Made by a program: the position numbers and the translations under genes. Under the pieces are notes generated by a model. That model did no database searches and was not told where the DNA came from. It saw only the letters and a program-made list of their open reading frames with translations. A stretch of 64,000 bases of DNA from a virus, in the IMG/VR virus record IMGVR_UViG_3300032770_000019, positions 8,495 through 72,494 of that record; one strand, 5' to 3'. Within the stretch, counting starts at the first letter, position 1. Each line of letters opens with the position of its first letter. Of the stretch, positions 40,286-51,100 are shown piece by piece.

Positions 40286-40744
40286 TCACCCGGCACCCCT
40301 GATATGGAAGAACATTGTCGGGACCCATCCCCACCCGTAAGCTATCCAGCCAATGGGCTGTCCCGTTTCGTGTGCGCCGAACGTATGTCCCCAGCGGACG
40401 AATAGCTCTACGTGTCCACTACCGTAGAAGGCCAGGTCGCCCTTAACGGGATGACTAGTAGGCTGAAGCTCCCCGCTGGCTACGTCGGCTAGCATTTCGT
40501 AGGTCGTTCGCGGTAGGCGAATACCGGCGTGGGCGTACGCCTTCATCACCAGGCCACTACAGTCGTAGCCATACGGACCGGTACCGCCCCACACGTACGG
40601 CTTACCTGCTTGTGTCCGGGCCCAGTAGAACGCTACTAGGCGTTTGGGTAATGTCGATGCACTAGCACCCGTACTCTGGCACGCTGCGAACAGCGCTACG
40701 ATGGTAAACGCTAGGGTTATCGCGAAGATAATGCGCCGTTTCAT
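40286..40744 (-). CDS. Secreted NlpC/P60 peptidoglycan endopeptidase
   Basis: Signal peptide; GKPYVWGGTGP.GYDCSGLV, LPRT, GDLAFY, GHV. Confidence 0.92.
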   Translation of the reverse strand: MKRRIIFAITLAFTIVALFAACQSTGASASTLPKRLVAFYWARTQAGKPYVWGGTGPYGYDCSGLVMKAYAHAGIRLPRTTYEMLADVASGELQPTSHPVKGDLAFYGSGHVELFVRWGHTFGAHETGQPIGWIAYGWGWVPTMFFHIRGAG

Positions 40745-40959
40745 TAAAGCTCCAGTTGCGAGTTTTCTCCGGGAGTCTCGTGCTGACCCGGTACGTGTCG
40801 ATGCCCGTACCAGTCCTCTCGGGCACGCGTTACCTTATCGAAGGTAGCAAGGCAGTCCGTCAGATAGGCTGCCAGGATGAAGTCAGGCGTATTAGAACCG
40901 TTCTCGGCGGAATGCTCGTTGAGTAGTTCCTCTAGGCCCTTGCGTAGGCTAGCAGCCAT
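40744..40959 (-). CDS. Conserved phage hypothetical protein
   Basis: LEELLNEHSAENGSNTPDFILAAYLTDCL. Confidence 0.6.
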   Translation of the reverse strand: MAASLRKGLEELLNEHSAENGSNTPDFILAAYLTDCLATFDKVTRAREDWYGHRHVPGQHETPGENSQLEL

Positions 40960-41629
40960 CGTAAGGAGCCCAGTCGCTGGTCCCATCGGCTCGGACGGTA
41001 TTCCAGAAGATCTCGGTCTGGTAGGCGAAATCGGCCTTACCGAACAGAGCAGGATCGCCACCATGAGCGACCCAAGTAGAGAACGAGAACTGGTAGGCGC
41101 CCCAGTGTCCGCTGGCGTTCCAAATCTGTGCATCACCGCCACTTTCGTGCTGGATAACGCACGCCTGGAATGCGCCCATACCAGCGACGCTTACGGTTGT
41201 CGTAGACCGGTAGCTGTGCGAGCCCGAATAGTGTTGCACGGAGGCGAGTCGCGTGTGCCGCTGGACAGGCTTCGGAATGGCTGCGAGAGCCGTCTCGGTA
41301 ATCCACTTCTTCTTCGGGTGCCATGACTCGAGGGTTAGGCGTTCACCGACACGAATGACGTTCGGGTTCTTGTTGTGCCACCGATTGACTAGCCATAGCG
41401 CGGGCCAGCGGGAGGCGTGTCCGTAGAACTTCTTAGCCAGTGCACTGAGAGTGTCACCGGGACGAACGTAGTAGAACCATTTAGTGCGCACTCGCTCCGA
41501 GAAGGAGGTATGCGTAAGTGCCCTAACCGGCACACCCTCGGTCGAACGTATTGCGGAATGCGAAGGGACGGTGAGAAGGAACGGGACGGTAATAGCTGAA
41601 AGAGTAGGAGCTAGCCAAGCTTTTGACAC
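40949..41629 (-). CDS. LysM plus Rpf-like transglycosylase
   Basis: YVRPGDTLSALAKKFYG...NPNVIRVGERL (LysM); CVIQHESGG...GAYQF..STW..HGG. Confidence 0.85.
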   Translation of the reverse strand: MSKAWLAPTLSAITVPFLLTVPSHSAIRSTEGVPVRALTHTSFSERVRTKWFYYVRPGDTLSALAKKFYGHASRWPALWLVNRWHNKNPNVIRVGERLTLESWHPKKKWITETALAAIPKPVQRHTRLASVQHYSGSHSYRSTTTVSVAGMGAFQACVIQHESGGDAQIWNASGHWGAYQFSFSTWVAHGGDPALFGKADFAYQTEIFWNTVRADGTSDWAPYDGC

Positions 41630-41760
41630 GAGTTTTCCCTTGTTCGTGCTTCGGCGTGACCCTAAGCGAAATACACTGCTAGGGCGACGCCCGGATACGC
41701 AGTGTTAATTGAGGTCCTCCCTCTTGAGAACGCTAGTTTAGGCCAGCGTCCACGACAGTT

Positions 41761-42399
41761 TTACGGGGTAAGCGTCCAGGAACCGAAGTGATGCTCCTCG
41801 ACGTCAACGTCGGCTGATCCCCCGAAGGCAGTCGAACCATTCTGGTAAAGCTGTGCGCGAGTATCGATATGTCCGCCGGACCACGCAACGGTTTGGAAGC
41901 CGTACGTGATAAGCTGCGCATCGAATAGTCGCTTGATTAGCCAGTACCCGCCGTACGCAGCGGAAAGGTGCAGGCCTCGCTCCGCCTGAATTACGTACCA
42001 GTAGTCAGCCAGCGGCCCGAGCTTAGCACGCGCATTTGACGGAGTATCCGAGAGGTGAGGCGCAAAGTCGGGTACATCGAAGTCCGCCGCGAAGTAGCAC
42101 GGCTCCGACCGAATCGGATGACCGTCCGGCGGTGCAACGGAGCGTGCTTGCTGGCGGAAGACGCGAATGTCCTCATACGCCTGCTTAGCCCCGAGTAGTG
42201 CTTGCTTCGCCCCGTACTCGAACAACGAAATAATGCGAATTCCGGCCTGCGATAGCTCCGACGCTTCCGAATGGTCGAGGAACTTCGGCGGTTGCGAACC
42301 TTCGCCAAAGTAGCGACCAACGGCATATACGCCAGCTGCCTTAAGCTGCGCAATGGTCGGATGCTGAAAGGCATAGTCGACAACCAGCAATTTGCTCAT
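41761..42399 (-). CDS. DUF1906 (Rv2525c-like) glycoside hydrolase, probable endolysin
   Basis: LKAAG...VGRY, K.L...EA..L..AGI.I.S.FE, YFAADFD, YGG, QTVAWSGG; directly downstream of holin-like genes. Confidence 0.8.
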   Translation of the reverse strand: MSKLLVVDYAFQHPTIAQLKAAGVYAVGRYFGEGSQPPKFLDHSEASELSQAGIRIISLFEYGAKQALLGAKQAYEDIRVFRQQARSVAPPDGHPIRSEPCYFAADFDVPDFAPHLSDTPSNARAKLGPLADYWYVIQAERGLHLSAAYGGYWLIKRLFDAQLITYGFQTVAWSGGHIDTRAQLYQNGSTAFGGSADVDVEEHHFGSWTLTP

Positions 42400-42465
42400 G
42401 AGGAAAGCCTAACAGCCACTTACAGATTCGGCAAGGCGCAAAATAACAGCCAATTTATAAAATCT

Positions 42466-42864
42466 TTACCGATAGTGCTTCCACGGTAGGCGTACTTTCC
42501 ATTCGTGTAGGTGACCTAGAAGCACCGTTCGAGATAGTACCGTACCGGCTACGACACCTAGAGCTACTACTGTAAAACGAATAAGTAGCCATTCCGGTAG
42601 AGTAACTCCGAAATCGAGCTTAAGAATCGGTCCAAGAAGAGCGAGAGCTACTCCGAGATCCAGTGAAACGTACATACGTCCGGCAACGTTATGCCACCAC
42701 GGAGTAAGACATGTATACAGAATAACAAAAAGCACCGACCCCCAGAAAGCTGCACGGAGTACGATCTGCGTACCGATCCAGTCAGCATCGCGCAACGGAA
42801 GAACAAAAGCTAGTACGGCACCAACGATAAGAAGTACCAAGGTCCGAAATACTTTCAGCGACAC
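42466..42864 (-). CDS. Holin-like multi-pass membrane protein
   Basis: Four hydrophobic segments; PWW.N..GR motif. Confidence 0.6.
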   Translation of the reverse strand: MSLKVFRTLVLLIVGAVLAFVLPLRDADWIGTQIVLRAAFWGSVLFVILYTCLTPWWHNVAGRMYVSLDLGVALALLGPILKLDFGVTLPEWLLIRFTVVALGVVAGTVLSRTVLLGHLHEWKVRLPWKHYR

Positions 42865-42865
42865 C

Positions 42866-43075
42866 TTAGCTCTTTCCGTACCTATCTGAGAGCGCCTGAA
42901 ATGCTAGTTCGGCAAGATGGTTACCGTTGGCAAGTCTCGTTAGCTGTACGCGCACTGCCTCGTCCTCCTGTTCCAACTTCCGCTCCTGTTCCGAGCGCAA
43001 CTTCCTAGCATCCTCTAGCTGTACTTCCGCCTTCTCCAGATCGCAATCACGGACTTTCCTGCGAAGGAATCGCAC
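42866..43075 (-). CDS. Small coiled-coil lysis-module protein
   Basis: Between two membrane genes; NHLAE C-terminal motif; GTG 43075 after GGAGGAG. Confidence 0.45.
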   Translation of the reverse strand: MRFLRRKVRDCDLEKAEVQLEDARKLRSEQERKLEQEDEAVRVQLTRLANGNHLAELAFQALSDRYGKS

Positions 43076-43346
43076 GAGAGTCTCCTCCTCGAACGCGTAC
43101 ACCGGTAAGCGCCTCCGCAATAAGACTCGAAGCGTGTACGGCCGTATCGGCACGCGCTATAGCGGCCTCCAAGGCTCGGTCCTTTTCTTTCAATGCTTCC
43201 TCTAGCTTATCCCCACGGGCTACCTCCCGATCAAACTCCGTATCAGTATGCATCTTACCTGAAAGAATAAGCGTAAGCCAAATAACAACAACGGTAAGAG
43301 CACCGCTGCCGCCACTTATTAGCGAAACCAGACTTTCGACACTCAC
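43047..43346 (-). CDS. Single-TM plus coiled-coil membrane protein
   Basis: GALTVVVIWLTLIL followed by a charged helix. Confidence 0.55.
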   Translation of the reverse strand: MSVESLVSLISGGSGALTVVVIWLTLILSGKMHTDTEFDREVARGDKLEEALKEKDRALEAAIARADTAVHASSLIAEALTGVRVRGGDSRAIPSQESP

Positions 43347-44416
43347 TTCGCCCTCTGTGCTAGAACTTGTGACAGTATGGACGACAAGTCAGTCTTGTAC
43401 GATAGGTACGGTGTTACTGAGCCTAGCTCGGTAGTTGAATCGTATTCGTATTGTCCGACCATGAACTGAATCGGACCCATTACTACTTCGCCACCGAATG
43501 GCGAGTCAACTATCAGTAGGCGTACTACCTCTCCGGCTTGCTCGGCCGCAAGATCCACCGGAGTACCGCCTGCGTTTAGGTACTGACCCGGAGCGACAGT
43601 GAAAGCCGTAGAGAACGGTGCCCGCTGGTATTTTGATAGTACGTCACTGGCTATGCTACGAGCGGCACTACCCGAGAGTACACCTTGACCGGTAAGGTCA
43701 ATGTAATCTTCGTTTTCTCCGTGTGCCGCAACCAGCGAAGCATTCTGGACGGAGGTAAGTCCGTATGTCGTAACGCCGCTCTTGGTATTGTCGGTAGCCG
43801 TATACTTCACGTAGATAGTATTTACGTCAGCGTTAATGGTCCGTCCGGGACCAACGGTAGCCACTAGCAAACGCGTTACCGTACTTGGTACGCTAGTCAC
43901 CTGCAAGGTAGCACTGCGATCGAGATACCAGATCTGCGGAGGCGAAATCATCATTCCGTTAAGGAAGTCGGTAATCGACTGCGACCCACTATCCACGGAC
44001 TGACCGAGATAGCCACTACTGATACCGGGATTGATCCACGGCAAGCCTCGCGAAATCGCTTCATTTATCGCGTCGTTCTGATTCCACGTAGACCAGATGT
44101 CAAGGAAGTTGGCTCCGAGCGTACCGATTCCGTTAGCCGTTACGTTCCAGCCAGTAGCCGTTTGTACAGGCTCCGTCATTTGACCGTACCAGATACGACT
44201 AGCACCGAGAAACGCTTCGCAGTACCTACCGGGATCAATTGCCGGAACGCGATACGCCGGGTCGCTATTAAGCGTACACGTAAGCTGCGCATCCCCGCCT
44301 GGTCGCGTAGAGCTATACTTCAGCTGGTTAACGATACCGTACGAGCCCAACCAGCGGGGGTCGCTACCGTCCGGACGCTTTGTCCGAATCTGAGCTAGTG
44401 CACTACGCCAGACCAT
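43343..44416 (-). CDS. Minor tail (hub-like) protein
   Basis: Position downstream of the tail genes; beta-rich, 357 aa. Confidence 0.6.
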   Translation of the reverse strand: MVWRSALAQIRTKRPDGSDPRWLGSYGIVNQLKYSSTRPGGDAQLTCTLNSDPAYRVPAIDPGRYCEAFLGASRIWYGQMTEPVQTATGWNVTANGIGTLGANFLDIWSTWNQNDAINEAISRGLPWINPGISSGYLGQSVDSGSQSITDFLNGMMISPPQIWYLDRSATLQVTSVPSTVTRLLVATVGPGRTINADVNTIYVKYTATDNTKSGVTTYGLTSVQNASLVAAHGENEDYIDLTGQGVLSGSAARSIASDVLSKYQRAPFSTAFTVAPGQYLNAGGTPVDLAAEQAGEVVRLLIVDSPFGGEVVMGPIQFMVGQYEYDSTTELGSVTPYLSYKTDLSSILSQVLAQRAK

Positions 44417-44422
44417 TTCTAA

Positions 44423-44722
44423 CTAACCGAGTCCGATCATCGATTTTGCGTACGCCATTGGATCGCCGGAAGGTGCGGCTACGTTACCGCCTCCGGTAAG
44501 CCACGCGTACGTAGCTGCTGCTTGGTCGAGCATTCCGAGAATGTTGGCCTTATCTACGGTATCTCCCTCGTAGAAATCGGCGGTGTCAAGCGTACCGGCA
44601 GCTAGCTCTACCGCACAACGCTCGTCGAGCAGCATTAGCTGGTAGAGACCGTCGATTGCCCGATTAAGCTGCTCCGTAGCACGCGCTTCAAGAGTCGCAC
44701 GGGTAAAGTTACCGAGTGTCAT
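44423..44722 (-). CDS. Hypothetical tail-module protein
   Basis: SD AAGGAG; position in the tail module. Confidence 0.5.
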   Translation of the reverse strand: MTLGNFTRATLEARATEQLNRAIDGLYQLMLLDERCAVELAAGTLDTADFYEGDTVDKANILGMLDQAAATYAWLTGGGNVAAPSGDPMAYAKSMIGLG

Positions 44723-44752
44723 TTCTCTCCTTTTTAAGGCTTCGGGTACTCT

Positions 44753-45184
44753 TTAGGTGTCGATCGGGAAGCTACTGTTGACAGACATATTAGTTGTTGC
44801 AGGTGCGCTGGTAGTAACTCCGTAGCAAGCAATATTTCCACTACTATCGATACGGAAGGCACCGTCGTTATACGTAACCGAGTTATCTCTCCTAGCCATA
44901 ATCCACTGGTTATGTAGCGGTCGATATCCGACCGGTAGGACGGCAATGGTAGTTCCGTCCGCAGTAGTAGTGCCGACGCTTGCCTGACCGGTAAGCAGAA
45001 CACTTCGCTGGTCGTTAGACAGTCGAAACTGGAAGGTAGGCGATGAAGATCCCCAGCCATTCGCAAAGTTACCGACCGGCTGCCAGGAATCCGCAAACGC
45101 AGTGTTGTTAAAGCGTCGCTGGAGTTCGATAAGCTGCTCGCGAAGTGCACGCGCCCACGTTGGAGTACCGACTTGAACGCCCAT
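44753..45184 (-). CDS. Minor tail/fibre-tip-like protein
   Basis: WQPV..FANGW...IAVLPVGYRP...RIDSSG motif. Confidence 0.65.
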   Translation of the reverse strand: MGVQVGTPTWARALREQLIELQRRFNNTAFADSWQPVGNFANGWGSSSPTFQFRLSNDQRSVLLTGQASVGTTTADGTTIAVLPVGYRPLHNQWIMARRDNSVTYNDGAFRIDSSGNIACYGVTTSAPATTNMSVNSSFPIDT

Positions 45185-48100
45185 TTACATCGTCCTATCG
45201 GTACGCCAGCTTGGCGTGTACACTAGAACGATGTTCGGTGCACCTTCGATGCAGTACGCAAGCAAGTTTGTATCCGGAATCTGAAGCTGGAGTGGACCGC
45301 CACTTACTAGGCTGCTACCTAGGACGGATTGTGCGGAGTCTCGATCTTGCTGCGTTCCAAGAACTCTACCGATGTCGTGAAGGGTCGAAGGCTCGTCAAC
45401 GTAGAATGTCGTATAGGTAACGGGCGAGCTAATTAGCACCAGCTGACCCTGCGTATCCAGGAAGAAGCAGTCCAAGAAGCGATCATTGGTATCCGTGCTG
45501 GTTACGGTAATCGTGTAGTACGCAAGGTAGTTGTCCGGAGCAACATCTAGAACCGGGAGGGTAATCTCTCCTACTGTTACGAATCCGTTACCTAGGGGTA
45601 GGTTGTTAGGCGTAATTGTCGTACTAACCGACAAGGGGCTAGCAGCACCGCCGTCATTCGGGTACTGCTTTACGGTAACAGTAAGCGTACGGGAATTAGC
45701 AGGAGTGTCCCACGAATAGGCTACAAGCACTACGGAATACGTGCCGTTGAATTGCGGGTTAGCCGCTGGGTCAAGGGACGAAACCGCGTACTCGGTACCG
45801 CCATTGGGAACGTCGCCGCCGTTACCGACACCTACTAGCGGCATGAGGTTTGCCGGCGTATTCGTACCCGGAATGTGTAGCAAGCATGTCTGGAATGGCG
45901 GATATACCGGCGTGTACGTCAGCTGCACCTGACCGTTACCACCGGTACCGCTGTAGTGATACGTACCTCCCGTTCCGGAGGAGTTACCGCTGGCACCGCC
46001 TCCCGGGTTACCGCCGTTAAGGCCGCCGTAGTTACCGGGTAGTGTACCGCCGTTTGCGCCACGACCACCGCCAGTAACTGCGGCACCTCCGGTAGCACCG
46101 GACGCATTATTACCAGCGGCAGAAGTACCGGCAGCTGAACCGCCACCGCCGGAATGCCCGCCGCTACCGCCTACACCGGCAGCTCCCGAACCACCGGCAT
46201 GTCCTCCCGTACCTGCTGCTCCTCCAGCTCCTGCGGTACCCGAAGAACCGCCGGTTAGTGCATTACCACCGTTCTTACCCGAGTTAGCAGTTACCGTTAC
46301 GGAGTCACCGGTAAACGTCGTGGTACCTTGCGCACCGGGAAAGTCCACGTAGAGGCTATACATATTACCAGCGGTGACCGCTACTGAAGCGTTAGCTGCC
46401 GTTCCGCCACCGCCAGCTCCGCCAGCGCAGGCGTTAGCCCCTTCCGAATCTCCCGAGTTACCACCTGAGCCGGTATTAAGAACGGAGACGGTACTGACAC
46501 CGAATGGACACGTCCACTGATAGTTACCGGGAGAGTTGAACGTAACGGTTTGGGCTACTCCGGAGCCTTGCGGTTGAGCTGCCTGAATTGATACCGGAGT
46601 CCGAGCGGTACCGAGAGCACCATTAATCTGGTACATATAGCCACGGTTATTCGTCACCGGATTCAAGGACACCGGGTTAGCCGTGAGAACGTCCAGCGAC
46701 GGGACGGTATACCGCAGCTTCTGAGCTGACTTCCAGTTGGTAATCGTGATTGACCAGCCGGTGACGTTCGCCCAGTTAAACTGAGTGCTCGAAGGTAGGG
46801 GTACGCTTACGTACTGCCATTTCGGAGCAGAAAGCTTCATGCTGGCACGCACCTGATACGTTTTACCGAATGTTAGCGTAAGTCCGTTGCTATCGGTTAG
46901 CGTATAGAATAGGTGGATGTCGGCTTTCTTTGTCGTACCCCAGAGATAGTTCCAGCCCCATACCGTTGGATCAGCCGAGAAGCCTAGCCAGTGTCCGAGC
47001 GAAGCTTGACCGGTAAGGTTTAGCGACAAGCCGGTCTTCGAGTACACTGCCCAGTTATTATTCCTAGTATAGCCAGTATACTGCGCAGCTACGTTACCTT
47101 GCTTGGCGGAGCTAATACCCTTCCATAGCGACGGGAAACTACTCTGGAACTGCTCAATAGTCACCGGCGAAACGGGAGCCGATCCGGTTCCAGCCAGCGG
47201 GTTGACGAACGTAACGGTCTGCGGTTGCTCACTACGACCGAACGGTGCCGCTGGTATGCTAAGGGTAAGCGTTCCTACGTACGTGGTACGATCGCGTCTG
47301 CTGGAGTAGTCAAGGGCGGATTGGTTTGCACGGTAGCAGTTGTAGATCATTGGCTCCGCAAGCAGATCCGTAAATGCGGATGCGGAGGAGTTGGCACCGT
47401 CGTCAAGGTAAAGGTAGTTAGTGTTAGGCGGAGTACCGATAAAGCCGATCGTTATAAAGCACTCAATGGCACCGGTTGGAGCTATACCCGCAATGCTAAT
47501 CTGCTGAAAGCCGTCACTTGACTGCAGTGTTATGTTGCTTTGAACCGTAGCCGCTGAGATAACGGTATGCGAGCTGTTGCGAAACTGGATGCTGATATAG
47601 CAAGTAAAGGCAGCGGTGATTTGCGCCCAAATGCTGAACCCTGCACCCTGACCTGGAGATATAGAAACGACCGGACCAGTGATTGACGGGTACGCGGTCG
47701 AACCATTAGGCTGTATGCGTCCCGAGTACGTACCGCCATGTGCGTACGTTGAGCTTTGAGTAAGGCCTGCACCATTTATGGCGGTCCAACCGGAGACACC
47801 CGATTCAAAGCTACCGTTACTAATAACGGCCGGACTAGGCGTTCCTGCGGCATAGTTATCGCGAATCCACGTTATGATGAATTCGTCTTGGTCGATAAGC
47901 TGAAGTAGCGTTTCCCGCGAGCTGGCCAGCGTAGGGTAGTCCGGAGCTTGAATGACTATCGGAAGCGTCATCAAGCGATTACCGGTTCGCGTACCGAACG
48001 GGCGCTCTCCGTCGAGAATGTTCTCTACCGTAGTATCGACAATCGGTAGTGGCGCACCCTGGTCATAGCCGGGCGACAAAGAGAAGATAGAACCGACCCC

Positions 48101-48187
48101 GCTGGCACTTTGGCATTGCGGCAAGGTACAGTTAACGCCACCGCCTAGTAGTTCGATAGCGTTCGCAATAACGAGACTGTCGCTCAT
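45185..48187 (-). CDS. Large minor tail protein (Dit-like) with carbohydrate-binding and Gly-rich inserts
   Basis: Follows the tape measure gene; ISNGSFESGVSGW (CBM-like); WTCPFGVSTV plus Gly-rich domain. Confidence 0.75.
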   Translation of the reverse strand: MSDSLVIANAIELLGGGVNCTLPQCQSASGVGSIFSLSPGYDQGAPLPIVDTTVENILDGERPFGTRTGNRLMTLPIVIQAPDYPTLASSRETLLQLIDQDEFIITWIRDNYAAGTPSPAVISNGSFESGVSGWTAINGAGLTQSSTYAHGGTYSGRIQPNGSTAYPSITGPVVSISPGQGAGFSIWAQITAAFTCYISIQFRNSSHTVISAATVQSNITLQSSDGFQQISIAGIAPTGAIECFITIGFIGTPPNTNYLYLDDGANSSASAFTDLLAEPMIYNCYRANQSALDYSSRRDRTTYVGTLTLSIPAAPFGRSEQPQTVTFVNPLAGTGSAPVSPVTIEQFQSSFPSLWKGISSAKQGNVAAQYTGYTRNNNWAVYSKTGLSLNLTGQASLGHWLGFSADPTVWGWNYLWGTTKKADIHLFYTLTDSNGLTLTFGKTYQVRASMKLSAPKWQYVSVPLPSSTQFNWANVTGWSITITNWKSAQKLRYTVPSLDVLTANPVSLNPVTNNRGYMYQINGALGTARTPVSIQAAQPQGSGVAQTVTFNSPGNYQWTCPFGVSTVSVLNTGSGGNSGDSEGANACAGGAGGGGTAANASVAVTAGNMYSLYVDFPGAQGTTTFTGDSVTVTANSGKNGGNALTGGSSGTAGAGGAAGTGGHAGGSGAAGVGGSGGHSGGGGSAAGTSAAGNNASGATGGAAVTGGGRGANGGTLPGNYGGLNGGNPGGGASGNSSGTGGTYHYSGTGGNGQVQLTYTPVYPPFQTCLLHIPGTNTPANLMPLVGVGNGGDVPNGGTEYAVSSLDPAANPQFNGTYSVVLVAYSWDTPANSRTLTVTVKQYPNDGGAASPLSVSTTITPNNLPLGNGFVTVGEITLPVLDVAPDNYLAYYTITVTSTDTNDRFLDCFFLDTQGQLVLISSPVTYTTFYVDEPSTLHDIGRVLGTQQDRDSAQSVLGSSLVSGGPLQLQIPDTNLLAYCIEGAPNIVLVYTPSWRTDRTM

Positions 48188-51100
48188 GTCTGCGCAGCTC
48201 CGTGAATCGAAGCAGTCATTGCCTGATGTGCCGTGCCGTTAAGAACACGTCCCATTGCGGCGCCCATCTGCGGACCGCTGGCTTTAACGCATGCAATCAA
48301 CTGATCAAGCTTTCGTCCAATGTCGTCACCGTTAGCTCCCTTTGCCAGTGCGATAAACGCACGACGCTCTTCCGGAGTTAGTACCTCTTCCATTCCTCCG
48401 GTACGGTTAGTGACTAGGCGAGTTCCTGGCGGAAGTGGTCCGCCCTTGTCGTACCAGCCGTACGCTTGTTCGTGTGCCCACGCTTTTTCCGGCGTTCCGT
48501 ATATCGATCTAATGTAGTTGTGCATCCAAACGATTTGGTCGCCGGCACCGCCGCTGTTAGCTGAGCGGTCACCGGAAAGGTTAAGACCGTATCCACCGTA
48601 CTCGTTACCGAGAGATCCTCCGCCACCAGGAACACCGTGACCTAGTGCCTGAGCGATGCCCAACGCACCGGAACCCGGATTCTGTGCACGGCTGTTCCAG
48701 CCAGCTTCACGCATTTCGACAGCGTTCCACGCTAGCCAGTTCTGTCCGGTACTCCATTCCGGGTACATTCGTCTGGCCAGCGCAGCATTTTGTCCAGCTG
48801 TTCCGCCTGGCGTAAGTGCTCCGGTAATTCCGGCTGCTGTCTGAGCAGCGATGTTTTCCGCTTTAAACGCATGTGCCTTAATACCGCCGAACAGTCCCTC
48901 CATTAGTGACTTTCCTCCTTCGAACATTACGCTCGAAGGACTAAACCAGCCCCAAATCTTCTTAAAGATGCTAATGATTCCGTCAGCAAAACTAGTGAAG
49001 AAGTGCTCGATATCTCCTGCGATACTTTTGGCACCGTTCCAGATACTTGTTATCGCAGTCTTACCGATAGCGTACATTCCACTACCGAGGCGACTAAATG
49101 CTCCGAGTATCTTACCGGGTATTGCTTCGAAGAAGCTTACGATATCGCCCCAGACGTTCTTGATCGTTGAGAACATCGAATTCCACGCATTCGACGCATT
49201 GGTCTTCATACCGGACCAAACGTCGTTAGCGAAATTCTTTATGCTATTCCATACTCCCTTTAGCCATCCGAATATCGTATTCCAGATATTCTGAATGAAC
49301 TGCCAGATCTGTTCGTGATACTTGTAGATTACGCCACCGACACCGAGAAGTAGTGGCCACCACTGCTTAGCAAAGTTGAGAAAGTCGTTCCACGTTCCCT
49401 TTAGGAAGCTTACGATAGCGTCCCAGGTCTTGACAATTACGTTCCAGATCTGCGCATGATACTTCACGATCAGCGTTACGAGAATAGCTATTGCAATACC
49501 TATTGCCACAAACGGGTTCGTCGCCATTGCAAGAGTAAGAAGCTTCCATGCAATTACCAGTCCGGCTAGTACCGGAAGCATCGGCTTAAGTGCGCCTTCG
49601 AGTAGGGTAGTAAGCCACCTAACAATCTCAGTAAACGTCGGTACCAGCGGGAGAAGCAGTTTCAGGAGCGCGGATAGAACGGCTGCCGCCTGCCCGGCTA
49701 GCAGCGCAACGAACTGCGCAAACAAGTTAATGATCTGCGGTAGTACCGGTGCAAGGCCAACGAGAAGAGCTTCGATTACCTTAGCCAGTGGCTTGAGAAC
49801 TTCGTCAAGCGCATTGGCTAGTACGAACATAACGCCGGAATTTTCGAGTACCTGGAAGACACTAGCAAACGCCTGCGCAAATACCTTCAAGCCGGGAGAG
49901 ATCGCAATAATCAGGTCGGCTACCAGCTTTAGGGAGCTAGCCAAACTACCAATTACCGCGGCAGCCAGCTTTCCTAGTACTTCGCCAACGGAAACGATAA
50001 TCGGCTCAACTGCTTCGAACGCCTTAGTAAACGCAACAATTACGGGTCCGAGAAGCTTAGCAAAGACGCTGGCGAGCGTTCCAATAATCGGTAGCAACTG
50101 TCCGATTGCTCCGAGAACGGCTTTAAGCACCTGAGCCGAGTCCGCCACCGCTGGTGCCATATCTCGGAAGAAGCCACTAAGGTCCTTACCCAGCTCTTCG
50201 AATACCTGTGCTAGGGTACCCATCACCGGAACGGTAGCCTTTACGAGCTCAATCAGTCCCGGGAAGATATCCTTGACGAGTCCTAGTAGCGTATCAACGA
50301 ACGGTGCAAACGCAGGTGCCGCTGCCGACATTAGATCGAGGACCTGCTTAATAACGCCGGCAAGGCTATTAAAGATCGGCTGCAACTGCGGTGCGATGGT
50401 CTTAAAAATACTGGTCAGCTGCGGGAGAATTGCGTGTACGAGCTGCGTTACCTGACCAAGGATCTTCGTAATTGCCGGTACCATCGGAGCAAAGGCTGCT
50501 TCAATGGTCGTAGTTAGCGATCCCGTTACCTGCTTGCCAGCGGCATTCTGACCGCCGAATAGACTAGTAAAGGCGCTCTTTAGCTGCGGGCTAGCAGCTG
50601 CTAGCTTAGCGGTCAGGCCACCGATAAGAGCGACGCCCATTCCGATACCGGTAAAGCCGCCAAGTGCCGGAAGGGTAGCCATTGCCGAAGCAATACCGGT
50701 TGCTAGTGCACCGGTCTTACCGAACGTTGTATTAGAAAGGAACGAACGAATGAAGTGGTAACCGTAGTTGCGACCGGCATCGTCAGCCGAGTTACTTCCT
50801 CCCCCGCCACCGCCTCCCTTAAAGATAGCAGTAACTAGCCCGATAGTACGGGACTTAAAGCTAGAGCTAAAGTGCGACCCCGACTCACTACCGGCGGCAT
50901 CCGCTGAGGCATCGTCCGCCTGCACCCGTACCTTTTCGGTAACCTCTCCAGGTGCACTAATCCCGGGACCGACCTGTACCTGTCGGACATTCTGCGTAAC
51001 CGTACCGGCAGTGGCTTGACGGACGACATTCTGCGTAACGTCCTGTACGACCCGCTGGGTATCCGTTCCGCTAACTCCGGCACCGAGCTGCGGTGAGCCG

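Noticed and set aside
41630-41760. c-di-AMP (ydaO) riboswitch upstream of the Rpf-like gene
   Set aside because: Short hairpins are present, but I could not find the conserved ydaO sequence blocks.
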